Below, piece by piece: positions 8,565-18,314 of a stretch of DNA of 35,177 nucleotides. Numbering within the stretch: the first letter of the stretch is position 1; each line of letters opens with the position of its first letter. Below the pieces are notes generated by a model. That model did no database searches and was not told the DNA's origin. It saw nothing but the letters and a program-made list of their open reading frames with translations. Source of the DNA: Microcoleaceae cyanobacterium (GTDB lineage Bacteria > Cyanobacteriota > Cyanobacteriia > Cyanobacteriales > Microcoleaceae). The translations under genes and the position numbers were made by a program. Location: contig JBOFUV010000055.1 of the NCBI GenBank assembly GCA_051652765.1, forward strand, positions 1 to 35,177, given 5' to 3'.

Positions 8565-10049
8565 TCAACCAAACAACTGCATCACCGTTGGCTTGGTTAC
8601 TTTCCCCATGGCGTTACACGGCAATTCTGCAACAATCAAAATTCGGGTTGGTACTTTATAGACCGCCATTTGCTCTTTTGCCCAGCTTCTCAACTGGGTT
8701 AATGTCAAATCCTGTCTGGGTTGCAAGACGAGCGCTGCACAGACTCGCTCCCCCCATTCCAGGTCGTCAACTCCAACCACCGCACAATCTTGAATCGTGG
8801 GATGGGTGCGTAGTACTTCCTCAATTTCCAAGGCCGAAACCTTATACCCGCCTGTTTTGATAATATCTACACTCATCCGGCCCAGAATACGATAGGTATT
8901 ATGTTCGACTACTGCCAGATCGCCGGTACAAAACCAGCCATCGCGAAAAGCTTTTGCCGTTGCTTCTGGGTTTTGCCAATATTCCAGAAACACTCCCGGC
9001 CCTTTAACCTGAATTTCTCCTGGTGTTTCTAAGGTGGCTAGTGCCCCGTTCTCTGTGCATAGCCGCAGCTCAACTTGGGGGAGTGGCTGGCCCACATGGC
9101 CCGCTTGCCGTTGGCCGTGCAGGGGGTTCGACAGTGCCATGCCAATTTCCGTCATGCCATAGCGTTCTAGGAGGAAATGACCACTGATCTGCTGCCATTG
9201 ATCTAATACTTGTACCGGTAAGGCTGCTGATCCAGAAACCATCAGACGCATTTGGGCACAGCCTGCGGATAGAATCTGTTGGCGATCTGGAGCAGCAGTC
9301 TGCCAAGCTGCAATCAGCTTGGCGTAAATTGTGGGCACAGCCATAAATAGGGTCAGGTCACCCTCTGCAATCCGGTTCCAAACGATTTCAGCATCAAACT
9401 TCTGGATCATGTGGCACTCTGCCCCAGCCCATAATGCACAGGTAAGGACGTTGATAATGCCATGAATATGATGCAAAGGGAGGACATGCAAAATGCGATC
9501 GCTCGGAACCCATTCCCAAGCCGTGATCAAGCTTGTCACTTGCGCTTGAATGATCTGATGGGTTGTGACCACACCCTTAGGTTTGCCTGTTGTTCCGCTG
9601 GTGTAGAGAATTAAGGCCCGTCTGCCGATCTCAATCTCTGGCAAGGAACCCACAGATCTAGGGAGAGGTTCTGACGTTAAGCTGAAGCGCAGATGTTTGG
9701 CTTGAGCGATCGGACGGAGGAGAGCCTCAAAATCGGGATGGGCAACAACGATTGTGGCTCCTGACTGAGTAATCACATAGTCTAATTCGGGTTTGGGGTG
9801 AGATATACACAGGGGAACTGCAACTCCCCCCGCCCGCCAAATGCCCCACTGCACGGCAACATACTGAAACCCCGGTGGAATCAGAAAAGCAACCCGCTGT
9901 TCCTGTAGATCTTCGGCATCTCTGAGCAAATGGGTGGCGATTTGCCCGGAAACTCGAAGTAACTCCCGATAAGTAAATACACCTTCAGGACTAGCGATCG
10001 CGGTTCTCTCGTTGTGTGCTTGAGCACGAATAATCAGTGGAAGATTCAC
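8565..10049 (-). CDS. acyl-CoA synthetase, MatB/ACSF3 (malonyl-CoA synthetase)-like
   Basis: YTSGTTGKPKG P-loop, LPLHHIHG, SGSAAL, ERYGMTE and GWFCTGD; GTG start. Confidence 0.9.
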   Translation of the reverse strand: MNLPLIIRAQAHNERTAIASPEGVFTYRELLRVSGQIATHLLRDAEDLQEQRVAFLIPPGFQYVAVQWGIWRAGGVAVPLCISHPKPELDYVITQSGATIVVAHPDFEALLRPIAQAKHLRFSLTSEPLPRSVGSLPEIEIGRRALILYTSGTTGKPKGVVTTHQIIQAQVTSLITAWEWVPSDRILHVLPLHHIHGIINVLTCALWAGAECHMIQKFDAEIVWNRIAEGDLTLFMAVPTIYAKLIAAWQTAAPDRQQILSAGCAQMRLMVSGSAALPVQVLDQWQQISGHFLLERYGMTEIGMALSNPLHGQRQAGHVGQPLPQVELRLCTENGALATLETPGEIQVKGPGVFLEYWQNPEATAKAFRDGWFCTGDLAVVEHNTYRILGRMSVDIIKTGGYKVSALEIEEVLRTHPTIQDCAVVGVDDLEWGERVCAALVLQPRQDLTLTQLRSWAKEQMAVYKVPTRILIVAELPCNAMGKVTKPTVMQLFG

Positions 10050-10172
10050 GGTTCTTGACCCAATTTAAGATTGATTTAGTATCGTCATCGCCAGCATAGA
10101 GCAATCCGGAATGTGTAAACGATAATCCCCTGCTTACCGATATTGAAGCTCAAGTCAATCATTTTAGGACTG

Positions 10173-10320
10173 ATATAGCGATCAGTAACTAGATGTGAGA
10201 AAAACTAGAGCGGGGTTTGGGGACTCAGTCCCTAATCAGGGGGTGAAGGGGGCGTTGCTCCCTGTTCACTCATCATTTAGTAAGATTTCTGTGCTCACAC
10301 TTTAAATCAGGTGTCTATAT
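10173..10320. mobile_element. degenerate MITE-like element, 148 bp
   Basis: Ends ATATAG...CTATAT. Inner TGTGAG (10194) and CTCACA (10294-10299) each lie 21 nt from their end. G-rich hairpin-like core. Confidence 0.65.
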
Positions 10321-10430
10321 GCAGCCAAGTCATAATGATGACGGGTCTGGATCAGTTACTATCTTCGGGTTGATTTTTCAGGTTTCAGATTGATCAATAA
10401 TAGGAGTGTCCTTCAACTTCTTCGGGCTGA

Positions 10431-10685
10431 ATGCAGAAGTATCACGCTCAAATCTATGTTACGCTGCGTCCCTCTGTTCTAGATCCAGCGGGGACAGCCG
10501 TTCGTTCTGGGATTCAACAAATGGGATATCACACCGTAGACCAAGTGCGAATTGGCAAGTACATTGAAGTTGGACTAACGGCAACTGACGAATCCGACGC
10601 TCGCACTCAGCTCGATCGTATCTGCGATCGCCTATTGGCCAATCCTGTGATTGAGACCTATCGGTTTGAACTGACTCCTGCCTGA
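10431..10685 (+). CDS. purS: phosphoribosylformylglycinamidine synthase subunit PurS
   Basis: [18 protein letters not shown] and LLANPVIE. Confidence 0.97.
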   Translation: MQKYHAQIYVTLRPSVLDPAGTAVRSGIQQMGYHTVDQVRIGKYIEVGLTATDESDARTQLDRICDRLLANPVIETYRFELTPA

Positions 10686-10710
10686 TGTCCAACTCTTACC
10701 CCTGCCCCCT

Positions 10711-11394
10711 ATGAAATTTGGTGTTGTTGTTTTTCCTGGCTCCAACTGTGATCGCGATGTTGCCTGGGTGACTCAAGGGTTGCTCAATCAACCCACCCGT
10801 ATGGTCTGGCATCAAGACACGGATCTATCTGATCTAGATGTAGTGATTATTCCGGGCGGATTCAGCTATGGGGACTATCTCAGGTGTGGGGCGATCGCCC
10901 GATTTGCGCCTGTGATGAATGCTACGGTTGACCATGCCAACCAAGGGAAATTAGTCTTAGGGATTTGCAATGGATTTCAGATTTTGACAGAAATGGGGTT
11001 ATTGCCAGGAGCCTTGGTGAGGAATCGGGAGCTAAATTTCATCTGCGATCGCGTACCGTTAACCGTTGTGAATCCAAACACTCCTTGGACTACGGCCTAC
11101 GGGAAAGATGAAGTCATTACGTTGCCCATTGCCCACGGGGAAGGCTGTTACTACGCTGAGCCGGAAACGTTGGCTGAGTTAGAACAAAATCACCAAGTGG
11201 TCTTGCGTTACGGTACAACCGCCAGCCCTGGAATCACCGAGAATCCGAATGGCTCCCTCAACACTATTGCCGGAATTTGCAATCGCCAGGGAAACATATT
11301 GGGTCTGATGCCTCACCCCGAACGAGCCTCCGATCCAGCCCTGGGAGCTACAGATGGACTGCGCGTGTTCAAAGGCTTACTCCAAGGAGATTAG
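10711..11394 (+). CDS. purQ: phosphoribosylformylglycinamidine synthase subunit PurQ
   Basis: [31 protein letters not shown] and MPHPER. Confidence 0.98.
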   Translation: MKFGVVVFPGSNCDRDVAWVTQGLLNQPTRMVWHQDTDLSDLDVVIIPGGFSYGDYLRCGAIARFAPVMNATVDHANQGKLVLGICNGFQILTEMGLLPGALVRNRELNFICDRVPLTVVNPNTPWTTAYGKDEVITLPIAHGEGCYYAEPETLAELEQNHQVVLRYGTTASPGITENPNGSLNTIAGICNRQGNILGLMPHPERASDPALGATDGLRVFKGLLQGD

Positions 11395-11439
11395 AAACCA
11401 ATTTTCGGGAGCCGAGTGCCACCCCAGAATTGATACCAT

Positions 11440-11467
11440 TGAGTCCAAACTAATGAGTCCAAACTAA
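11440..11467. repeat. perfect 14-bp tandem duplication TGAGTCCAAACTAA x2
   Basis: Read directly. Confidence 0.9.
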
Positions 11468-11490
11468 AGTTTGAATCGGCTGTGGAACAG

Positions 11491-11540
11491 ACCCCTCCCA
11501 ATCTTCCCTTGCCTAGGGGAGCTGCTGCAGGCGGTGGGGT
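11491..11540. repeat. short dispersed palindromic repeat of cyanobacterial type
   Basis: ACCCCTCCCAATCTTCCCTTGCCTAGGGGAGCTGCTGCAGGCGGTGGGGT has ACCCC/GGGGT ends and an internal hairpin; resembles intergenic repeats of filamentous cyanobacteria. Confidence 0.55.
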
Positions 11541-11708
11541 GATTTATTTTGATTATTTTTAAACTTGACCTGAGGATAGGCGGGCGCTTTTTGGGGTTCT
11601 CGCGGAAGATCTCTTGCATAGGCAGTGAGGGGTGAGACATATGTCTATTTAGAAGACCGAGCTGGCATGAAATCAAAAAAACGCAATGACACGATGAAGG
11701 AGCCTTTT

Positions 11709-11915
11709 ATGTATCTACGGTATGACGTATTAGAATGTCCTAAGTGTGGAAAGCATGATTTAGTGCAGCGGGGCACAGATTTATATGCTTGTGTCAACTG
11801 TGACTTCAAGAAGGATTTTTCCAAAAAACCTGCCCCCCCAGAACAGCCCAAGGACTCTGTTTTAGATCTGTTGGGACTGCTCGCTGGCGCTTTAGTCCTG
11901 CTTGCACTGCTTTAA
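11709..11915 (+). CDS. small zinc-ribbon protein with C-terminal membrane anchor (68 aa from ATG 11709; ORF open from 11625)
   Basis: CPKC-x13-CVNC, hydrophobic tail LLGLLAGALVLLALL, and AAGGAG 6 nt before ATG 11709. Confidence 0.75.
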   Translation: MYLRYDVLECPKCGKHDLVQRGTDLYACVNCDFKKDFSKKPAPPEQPKDSVLDLLGLLAGALVLLALL

Positions 11916-13234
11916 AGCGGTAAACCGGGCCAGGTTTTCACAACTTGACCGGTGAGTTCTTGCCCTAACCAAGGGGTGTTGCTGGACTGAGATTGTAAGG
12001 TTTGTGCGGATACTGTCCAAGTTCGTTGCGGGTCAAACAGGGTCAACTCGGCAGGTTGACCCGCGACCAAATCCGGCAAAGATGTTCCCAGACATTGAGC
12101 AGGCCGAACACTCAACGCTCGCCAAAGGGTCAAGGCTGACCAGCGTCCAGAAGTGACTAATCCCTGCCAGAGCAAAGGCAGAGCCAACTCTAGCCCGATT
12201 GCCCCAGGGGGAGCATCAGCAAAAGCGACTGTTTTTTCTTCGTAGGTGTGGGGAGTGTGATCGATGGCGATCGCGTCTACAATTCCCGCCTCAACGGCCT
12301 GGATGAGTGCCTTTTGATCGTCTGGATTTCCCAGGGGCGGATCAAGCCGTAGATTGGAGTCGTAAGGGGTATGAGAAAAGCCAGGACAGAGGCAAGAGCT
12401 GTTCCGGTTAAACCCACTCACAGCCTGGGTATTGAGCAGTAAGTGCATCCAAGTTGTACTGGCCGTGATTGGCAGTTGTTGAGCCTTAGCTGCTTGAATC
12501 AGCTCTACGCTCCGGGCCGTCGAAACCCGCATCAGATGAACTGGAGTTCGAGTCGCAGCCACCAGTTCCAGTACAGCAGCTAAGGCGGATGTTTCTGCAT
12601 AAACTGGAATTCCGGGCAGGCCACTTTGAATTGCGTCTTGTCCTTCCCGCATCACACCATTCCCAGTCAAATGGCGATCGCGACATCCTAAGGCAATGGG
12701 TTTGCCGATCGGATGAAGATATTCCAGGGCTCGGCTCAGTAGCATTAAATCTTGCAGGGGTTGACCATCGGCAAACCCAACAATTGGAGTCGCTGCTAAT
12801 TCTCTAAGTTCTGTCATCTGCTTTCCCTGAGCGCCTTGGGTTAAGGCTCCCCAAACTTGAACTTGGCAAGCCTGAACTGGGTTACGGTCGAGTTTCTGGT
12901 GCAGGAGACTGAGCACAGCCGGATCGTCGATGGGGGGATCGGTATCCGGTAAAATCGTAATTCGAGTGAACCCTCCAGCTTGAGCAGCCGCCCTCAACGT
13001 GGCCAAAGTTTCCCGGTTCTCAAATCCAGGTTCCCCGGTGTGGCTGTAGAGATCCACTAACCCAGGGCCAAGTACCCAACCTCGACAATCTCGGGTTAGG
13101 GTTTCTTCTGGCCAGTTTGTCAGGTTGGGCTGAATGGTTTGGAGGATGCCCTCAATGATCAGAACATCGGCGATTTCATCCGTTCCCAGGTGAGGGTTGA
13201 GCACCCGAACCTGTTGTAGCAGTTCACCAGCCAT
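11912..13234 (-). CDS. pyrC: dihydroorotase-like protein (PyrC'-type, probably catalytically inactive)
   Basis: PGLVDLYSHTGEPG, AAQAGGFT, PPLG, DAIAIDHTPH and SSNTPW. The HxH and HxxH metal ligands are degenerate. Confidence 0.9.
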   Translation of the reverse strand: MAGELLQQVRVLNPHLGTDEIADVLIIEGILQTIQPNLTNWPEETLTRDCRGWVLGPGLVDLYSHTGEPGFENRETLATLRAAAQAGGFTRITILPDTDPPIDDPAVLSLLHQKLDRNPVQACQVQVWGALTQGAQGKQMTELRELAATPIVGFADGQPLQDLMLLSRALEYLHPIGKPIALGCRDRHLTGNGVMREGQDAIQSGLPGIPVYAETSALAAVLELVAATRTPVHLMRVSTARSVELIQAAKAQQLPITASTTWMHLLLNTQAVSGFNRNSSCLCPGFSHTPYDSNLRLDPPLGNPDDQKALIQAVEAGIVDAIAIDHTPHTYEEKTVAFADAPPGAIGLELALPLLWQGLVTSGRWSALTLWRALSVRPAQCLGTSLPDLVAGQPAELTLFDPQRTWTVSAQTLQSQSSNTPWLGQELTGQVVKTWPGLPL

Positions 13235-13341
13235 AGGGTCGTTGTATATTCTATCGGTGCTAGCTTTATCGGCGCTCTTAATATCTGCGCTCTTAATGTG
13301 CTTTATGTGCTTTCAGTATGCCGTCAAAGTCTTAAACTGCC

Positions 13342-14700
13342 CTAAAGTGCTCCCGCCGCAGTTTTATCCAGCACGCTATCAGACAAATGAGTAGTAATGT
13401 TAATTGCTTGCAATACGGGCTTACCCGCCAACCCATCTGGATAATCAATCACGGTGACTGCTCCATTTCCCTGCTTGAAGTTCCAGAAGTGCTCTGGGCT
13501 GAGATCGAACAGTTGACACAGAATGGCTTTATTGACCGCATCATGGGCGACGACAAGACCTACCACAGGTTGCAGATCTACCGATTGGATGATCCGCTGC
13601 CATGCGGCGATCGCCCGTTCCCAGACTTGCTGCAGATTTTCCCCCTCTGGCATTTGTACGGTTTCTGGGGCAAGCTTCCACTGTTGCAACAGTCCCGGAT
13701 AAGCTTGATCAATCTCGGCCTCAAATTTCCCTTCCCACAGGCCGTGGCTGATTTCTTTGAGGTCGTCCTCTAGGTGCAGGGTGAGGCTGGGATGATGCTG
13801 GAGGATAATTTCTGCCGTTTCTTTGGGGCGAGCCATCGGGCTACTCCAAGCGAAGTCAAGCTGAATAGGCTGAAGAAATTGAGCCGCTTTTTCGCCTTGT
13901 TTACGCCCATTATCGTTCAACGGCACGTCGATTTGCCCCTGGAACTGCCCTTGCCGATTCCATTCGGTTTCGCCATGACGCACCAATAGTATCCTTGGCC
14001 CTCGATGCTCACTGCGAACAGACGGAAATATTTGGCCCATATGCTGGGTTAAATTCATTGATTCGAGCTGAACAGAAGCAGGTTGGGGAAAGTCTCCAGG
14101 GGTGATCCCAGAAAAATTAAGGATGCTAATCCCGCAGTTGGATTGTTGAATCGACTGATAAAACTGTGGTTGAATTCCCAGGGCGGTAGCCAGTAAGCAC
14201 CGATTAATGCCATTGTGAGCCACAACCAGGATCGTTTGATCAAGGTGCTTGGCCAGAACCTCTAGCCAAAATTTTCGGGCTTGCTCAAATAAAGAAAGAA
14301 TGGGAAAGTGCTTCTGTTCGGTACCGTCCCGCGAAACCACCATGAAGAACTGATCAGGATGTTCATGCCAGCACCGATAATCTTCGGGAAACTGGTCAAT
14401 CACGGCTTGACGCTCCATTCCTTCCCACAAGGGCAAATCGACTTCTAACAAAAGCTCCGTGGATTGCACTGGTGGCTGGTTGCCTAAGCGAGACACAACC
14501 AACTCAGTCGTCTTCTTGGCCCGTTGGAGGGGACTGCAATACACAGCATCAAACCGCAGACTCGCCAAGGTTTCCCCGACTTGATCAGCGTCAGTACAGC
14601 CTTTATCCGTTAAGACTGAAACATCTAAACGGCCTTGAATGCGATGTTGAGCATTGTAGGTACTTTGGCCGTGGCGCACGAGGATAACACGGGTTGTCAT
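13342..14700 (-). CDS. tandem-domain histidine phosphatase (phosphoserine phosphatase/PGM-like)
   Basis: Two RHG motifs (LVRHGQSTYN, LVRHGETEWN), each with SP..RA and VAH. Confidence 0.92.
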   Translation of the reverse strand: MTTRVILVRHGQSTYNAQHRIQGRLDVSVLTDKGCTDADQVGETLASLRFDAVYCSPLQRAKKTTELVVSRLGNQPPVQSTELLLEVDLPLWEGMERQAVIDQFPEDYRCWHEHPDQFFMVVSRDGTEQKHFPILSLFEQARKFWLEVLAKHLDQTILVVAHNGINRCLLATALGIQPQFYQSIQQSNCGISILNFSGITPGDFPQPASVQLESMNLTQHMGQIFPSVRSEHRGPRILLVRHGETEWNRQGQFQGQIDVPLNDNGRKQGEKAAQFLQPIQLDFAWSSPMARPKETAEIILQHHPSLTLHLEDDLKEISHGLWEGKFEAEIDQAYPGLLQQWKLAPETVQMPEGENLQQVWERAIAAWQRIIQSVDLQPVVGLVVAHDAVNKAILCQLFDLSPEHFWNFKQGNGAVTVIDYPDGLAGKPVLQAINITTHLSDSVLDKTAAGAL

Positions 14701-14913
14701 TATTCTGAAAAGTTATCTGAAAAGTGAATTGAAGACATTAAGACATCAAACGTTTGGCAGCCAAACTTAGAAGTTCAACCTTGGCAAATCAGAAAGTACT
14801 GGCTGAATCAAGGAAGTTCAAACCAAGAGAATTGTATCGTGTTTTGGGAAAGCGACTGGAAGATTTACACCGAACTCCAGCAGCCTTTGCCAGAAATATT
14901 AAGATGCTTCACC

Positions 14914-14947
14914 GAAAGTGCCTGATTAGAAAGTGTCTGATTAGAAA
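14914..14947. repeat. 15-bp tandem repeat GAAAGTGYCTGATTA x2+
   Basis: Read directly. Confidence 0.85.
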
Positions 14948-15262
14948 TACAGGCGATCACGTTTTAGGGGGTTCAGGCAGATTTGAAACAAGGTCTCATG
15001 TATAGTCTTAGGCCCATGTATGCTAGATTATTGAGGGATTATACGGACTGGATCTTGATTTTTACTCGGGTTTTTACTAATTTTTACTAAAATTTTTACT
15101 AAAAATTGTGAGATCTGTAAATTGGATTCGGGCTTTTAATCACTTTTAATCAAAGGTTACTCCTGAGGGATGAGCTAAGGACTTAGGTAGAACTGTCCTG
15201 AGGAACGTTCGGCTCTCCCGTAAGGAATTTAACGGTAAACGATTGACACTGAGCAATTAACC

Positions 15263-15496
15263 ATGCATAATCCATCATTGCGTGAGATTCCCGTTCATGA
15301 GCCTGCGGATGTTATTCCTTCAGAGCAGCATTCTTCGTTGCTGGGTTGGTTAAAGTCAACGGGTCGCCTGATTCCACGGGACGTTCAAGAACAAGTGAAT
15401 TATCTCGATGAAGTTGAGGAAATCTCTGAACTGATCGTTGATGAGGCAGCTTTTGATGACGATGATGATGACGATGATGAGGCGTTAGAAGACTAG
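15263..15496 (+). CDS. DUF3134 family small acidic protein
   Basis: NPSLRE.P..EPADVIP..Q.SSLL.WL.STGRLIPR with an Asp-rich tail; lies upstream of mraY. Confidence 0.85.
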   Translation: MHNPSLREIPVHEPADVIPSEQHSSLLGWLKSTGRLIPRDVQEQVNYLDEVEEISELIVDEAAFDDDDDDDDEALED

Positions 15497-15617
15497 GCTA
15501 AGAGCAAATTGTTCCTCTAAATGTGATAAATTGCTGTTGTCCAATTTTTTCTCGCCTGTCAAATATCTCAGTTGAGTTGATTCAGAATCTTGTTCTTCGG
15601 AACTTGGTTTTACAAAG

Positions 15618-16748
15618 TTGAAGTTGGTGTTGAGGATGCGTTCAGAACCTTCTATAGATGGCCTAGTTTCACAAGGCCGCTCATCTAGTCTGTCGGGTCA
15701 AACCCTATTCTTTTGGATGGGTCTGGGCCTGACGATCTGTTCAGTGATGCTGGACTTGATCACCGGACATTTTTTAGACTGGAGAACTTCTCTATTTGTT
15801 CCGTTTGCTTTGAGTACCCTAGTGTCCTCCTTGGTGGGGTATTGGGCTATCCCTCAGCTCGTTCAGATTAAAGCTGGACAATTTATCCGGGAAGATGGCC
15901 CTCAGACCCACCTGAAAAAGGCTGGAACTCCAACCATGGGCGGCATATTTTTTGTGCCGGTCGGGGTCGGGTTTGCGTTGCTGATGTCACAGTTCAGTCC
16001 GAATGTTGTAGCAGTCTGTGCTTTAACTCTGGCCTATGGGTTTATTGGCTGGATGGATGATTGGCAGATTCTAAGACGTAGGTCGAACAAAGGTATTTCT
16101 CCCCGCATGAAGTTAGGGTTGCAAGTTGGATGTGCAGCCCTGTTTTGTCTTTGGGTAGCCTGGAGTCAGCCCGACGGAATCTCGACGGTTTCCTTGCCCT
16201 TTGGCTTGGTTTTATCCTTGGGGTCACTGTTTTGGCCTCTGGCAGCCTTTGTCTTGGTTGCGGAGAGCAACGCAACTAATTTAACTGATGGTGTAGATGG
16301 TCTGATGGGTGGCTTGGGGGCGATCGCCTTTTTAGGGTTAGGGGCTTACCTCAGTTCAACGTCTCCAGAACTTGCGACCTTTTGTGCTTGTATGTCAGGA
16401 GGTTGCTTGGGGTTTGTGAGTCATAACCGGAATCCCGCCAAGGTATTCATGGGTGATACAGGAGCGTTGGCCCTTGGTGGTGGGTTAGCGGCTGTAGCAG
16501 TACTCAGTAATAGCTTTTGGGTATTGCTGATCATCAGTGGAATTTTTCTAGCTGAAACCCTTTCGGTCATCGCTCAGGTGAGTTATTACAAAGTGACAAA
16601 AGGCCCTGATGGGATTGGTAAGCGATTGTTCAAGATGGCACCCTTACATCATCATCTAGAGCTGTCAGGATGGCCAGAGACTCAAGTTGTTGCTTGGTTT
16701 TATGGAATTAATGCCCTGCTGGTTCTGGGCAGTTGGATGATTCACTAG
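15618..16748 (+). CDS. mraY: phospho-N-acetylmuramoyl-pentapeptide transferase (start possibly ATG 15636 or later)
   Basis: GQFIREDGPQTHLKKAGTPTMGG, GWMDD, SNATNLTDGVDGL, VFMGDTG and MAPLHHHLEL. Confidence 0.98.
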   Translation: MKLVLRMRSEPSIDGLVSQGRSSSLSGQTLFFWMGLGLTICSVMLDLITGHFLDWRTSLFVPFALSTLVSSLVGYWAIPQLVQIKAGQFIREDGPQTHLKKAGTPTMGGIFFVPVGVGFALLMSQFSPNVVAVCALTLAYGFIGWMDDWQILRRRSNKGISPRMKLGLQVGCAALFCLWVAWSQPDGISTVSLPFGLVLSLGSLFWPLAAFVLVAESNATNLTDGVDGLMGGLGAIAFLGLGAYLSSTSPELATFCACMSGGCLGFVSHNRNPAKVFMGDTGALALGGGLAAVAVLSNSFWVLLIISGIFLAETLSVIAQVSYYKVTKGPDGIGKRLFKMAPLHHHLELSGWPETQVVAWFYGINALLVLGSWMIH

Positions 16749-16780
16749 GGGTTTTGATCCCATATTTAGTCTTATTTTTA

Positions 16781-16810
16781 ACTTTTAGTAACTTTTAGTA
16801 ACCTTTAGTA
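16781..16810. repeat. 10-bp tandem repeat ACYTTTAGTA x3
   Basis: Read directly. Confidence 0.85.
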
Positions 16811-16821
16811 ATGGCACGGGC

Positions 16822-16850
16822 CGTAGGGGCGAGGTAACCTCGCCCCTACG
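16822..16850. repeat. GTAG-type REP palindrome, probably also a bidirectional terminator
   Basis: CGTAGGGGCGAGG-TAA-CCTCGCCCCTACG, a perfect 13-bp stem between convergent genes. Confidence 0.85.
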
Positions 16851-16886
16851 TGTTTCTATGGCATTTTTGTACGGTCTGTGCGACCC

Positions 16887-17393
16887 CTAAATCATTCGAT
16901 AGATAACAGCCCCATCTCGCTCCCGGTTTCCCACTTGGATCAAGTCTTCTCGTTGCAATTCCGCTAAGATTTGGCGAATCTCTGCGGGGTCACACCCTGT
17001 TTCCAATACACAATCGGCCATAGTCATTTCCCCTTGAGCTTTAGCTAGTTTGAGGAGTTGGATTTTAGTTTGGTCAAGATTAAGTTGAGGAATTTTTGGG
17101 TCTTGGCTTTTTGAGTGTTTTCTAGCTTGACTCACGGCACGGGTATTCTCAACAGCAGTTCCGACACCGTAGAGGAACATCATTCCAGTAAAAAAGTCTT
17201 CATCATCTTCTAGGGAAGGCTCACCTAGATAACACAGGGCTGTGACTCCTAGGAAAATGCTCAATGTTGTGAATAAGGCTTTATAGCGTCCTGTATAGAT
17301 ATAACCAAACAAAGGGCTAAGACCAGTCAACATACCTGTTGCCCATATATTTTTCTGAGCGAGTTGTTGAGTTCTTTCTGAGTTTTGAGTCAT
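16887..17393 (-). CDS. membrane protein with TM2-like N-terminus and C-terminal winged-helix-like domain
   Basis: Hydrophobic N-terminal half (PLFGYIYTGRYK); C-terminal GEMTMADCVLETG...LQREDLI.VGNR..DGAVIYR. Confidence 0.7.
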   Translation of the reverse strand: MTQNSERTQQLAQKNIWATGMLTGLSPLFGYIYTGRYKALFTTLSIFLGVTALCYLGEPSLEDDEDFFTGMMFLYGVGTAVENTRAVSQARKHSKSQDPKIPQLNLDQTKIQLLKLAKAQGEMTMADCVLETGCDPAEIRQILAELQREDLIQVGNRERDGAVIYRMI

Positions 17394-17522
17394 AGGAGCA
17401 GCTCTTCTAAGCTTTATCGGTCTACGGGTTGATCAAGAAGAATTCTTGAATTATGCCTTTCTTAACCATAGCTTGTCTCTTCAGCTTGATCTACCTGATT
17501 TCGGATTCAGATCCCTGAACGT

Positions 17523-17540
17523 TTTACAATCCATTACAAT
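17523..17540 (+). promoter_or_regulatory. HLR1-like (RpaB) direct repeat
   Basis: TTTACAAT-CC-ATTACAAT versus consensus KTTACAWW-N2-KTTACAWW, one mismatch. Confidence 0.45.
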
Positions 17541-17581
17541 AAGCGTTGCAACTTTTTATGGATTCATCGAAGTTATAACTC

Positions 17582-18313
17582 TTGCAGCCTGCTTATTTTC
17601 TGGTTTCCCATGGCAGTCGTGACCCCCAGCCCCAGCTTGCGTTACAACAGTTAGCCAAGCATCTGGAACATCGGATTGTCACTCTTTCCTCTAGAGTTCA
17701 ACGTGTTCCAGTGATTGGGACAGGAACTCTGGAATGTGCTGCCCTTTCACTCAGCCAACAAATTCAAGCCTTTAGCCAATCTATCGCTCCATTCAAGTTA
17801 AACACTGTTAAGATTTTGCCATTGTTCCTATTTCCAGGCGTTCATGTTCAGGAAGATATTCCGACAGAGGTGATTGCTGCTAGTCAAGGGCTTGACGTGG
17901 ATATCAGTCTAGAACTTCTCCCCTACCTCGGCTCTAAAACCGCTCAAATCACTCAAACTTTACAAGCTCAGATGCAGGTTGTGAGTATGGATGCCTGGAT
18001 TCTGATGGGGCATGGCAGTCGTCGCTTGCAAGGGAATCAACCGATGGAACTCCTGGCCACTCAGCTTGCAGCGATCGCCGCCTACTGGTCAATGGCCCCC
18101 AGTTTAGACGCACAAGTTCAGCAGTTAGTTCAGGCTGGGGTGCAAAAAATCGGCATTTTTCCTTATTTCATTTTTTCGGGGGGAATTACCCAGGCAATAC
18201 AACAATCTGTTACTGACTTTGCCCAACAGTTTCCCCAGGTGCAGTTTCATCTGGCAGAGCCGTTAGATCAAAGTGGTGCATTGCTTGATCTGACTTGGGA
18301 AATGTTGCAGTAG
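17582..18313 (+). CDS. cbiX: sirohydrochlorin chelatase, CbiX/SirB family
   Basis: SHGSRDP, PLFLFPGVHVQEDIP, a second GHGSR, and PYFIFSGG; TTG start. Confidence 0.87.
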   Translation: MQPAYFLVSHGSRDPQPQLALQQLAKHLEHRIVTLSSRVQRVPVIGTGTLECAALSLSQQIQAFSQSIAPFKLNTVKILPLFLFPGVHVQEDIPTEVIAASQGLDVDISLELLPYLGSKTAQITQTLQAQMQVVSMDAWILMGHGSRRLQGNQPMELLATQLAAIAAYWSMAPSLDAQVQQLVQAGVQKIGIFPYFIFSGGITQAIQQSVTDFAQQFPQVQFHLAEPLDQSGALLDLTWEMLQ

Positions 18314-18314
18314 C

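Noticed and set aside
8454..8860. Plus-strand ORFs as the MocR target
   Set aside because: Largely antisense to the acyl-CoA synthetase, with no recognisable protein features.
14754..15005. 83-aa ORF
   Set aside because: TTG start, no family features, and its internal repeat is simply the DNA duplication; cannot be supported.
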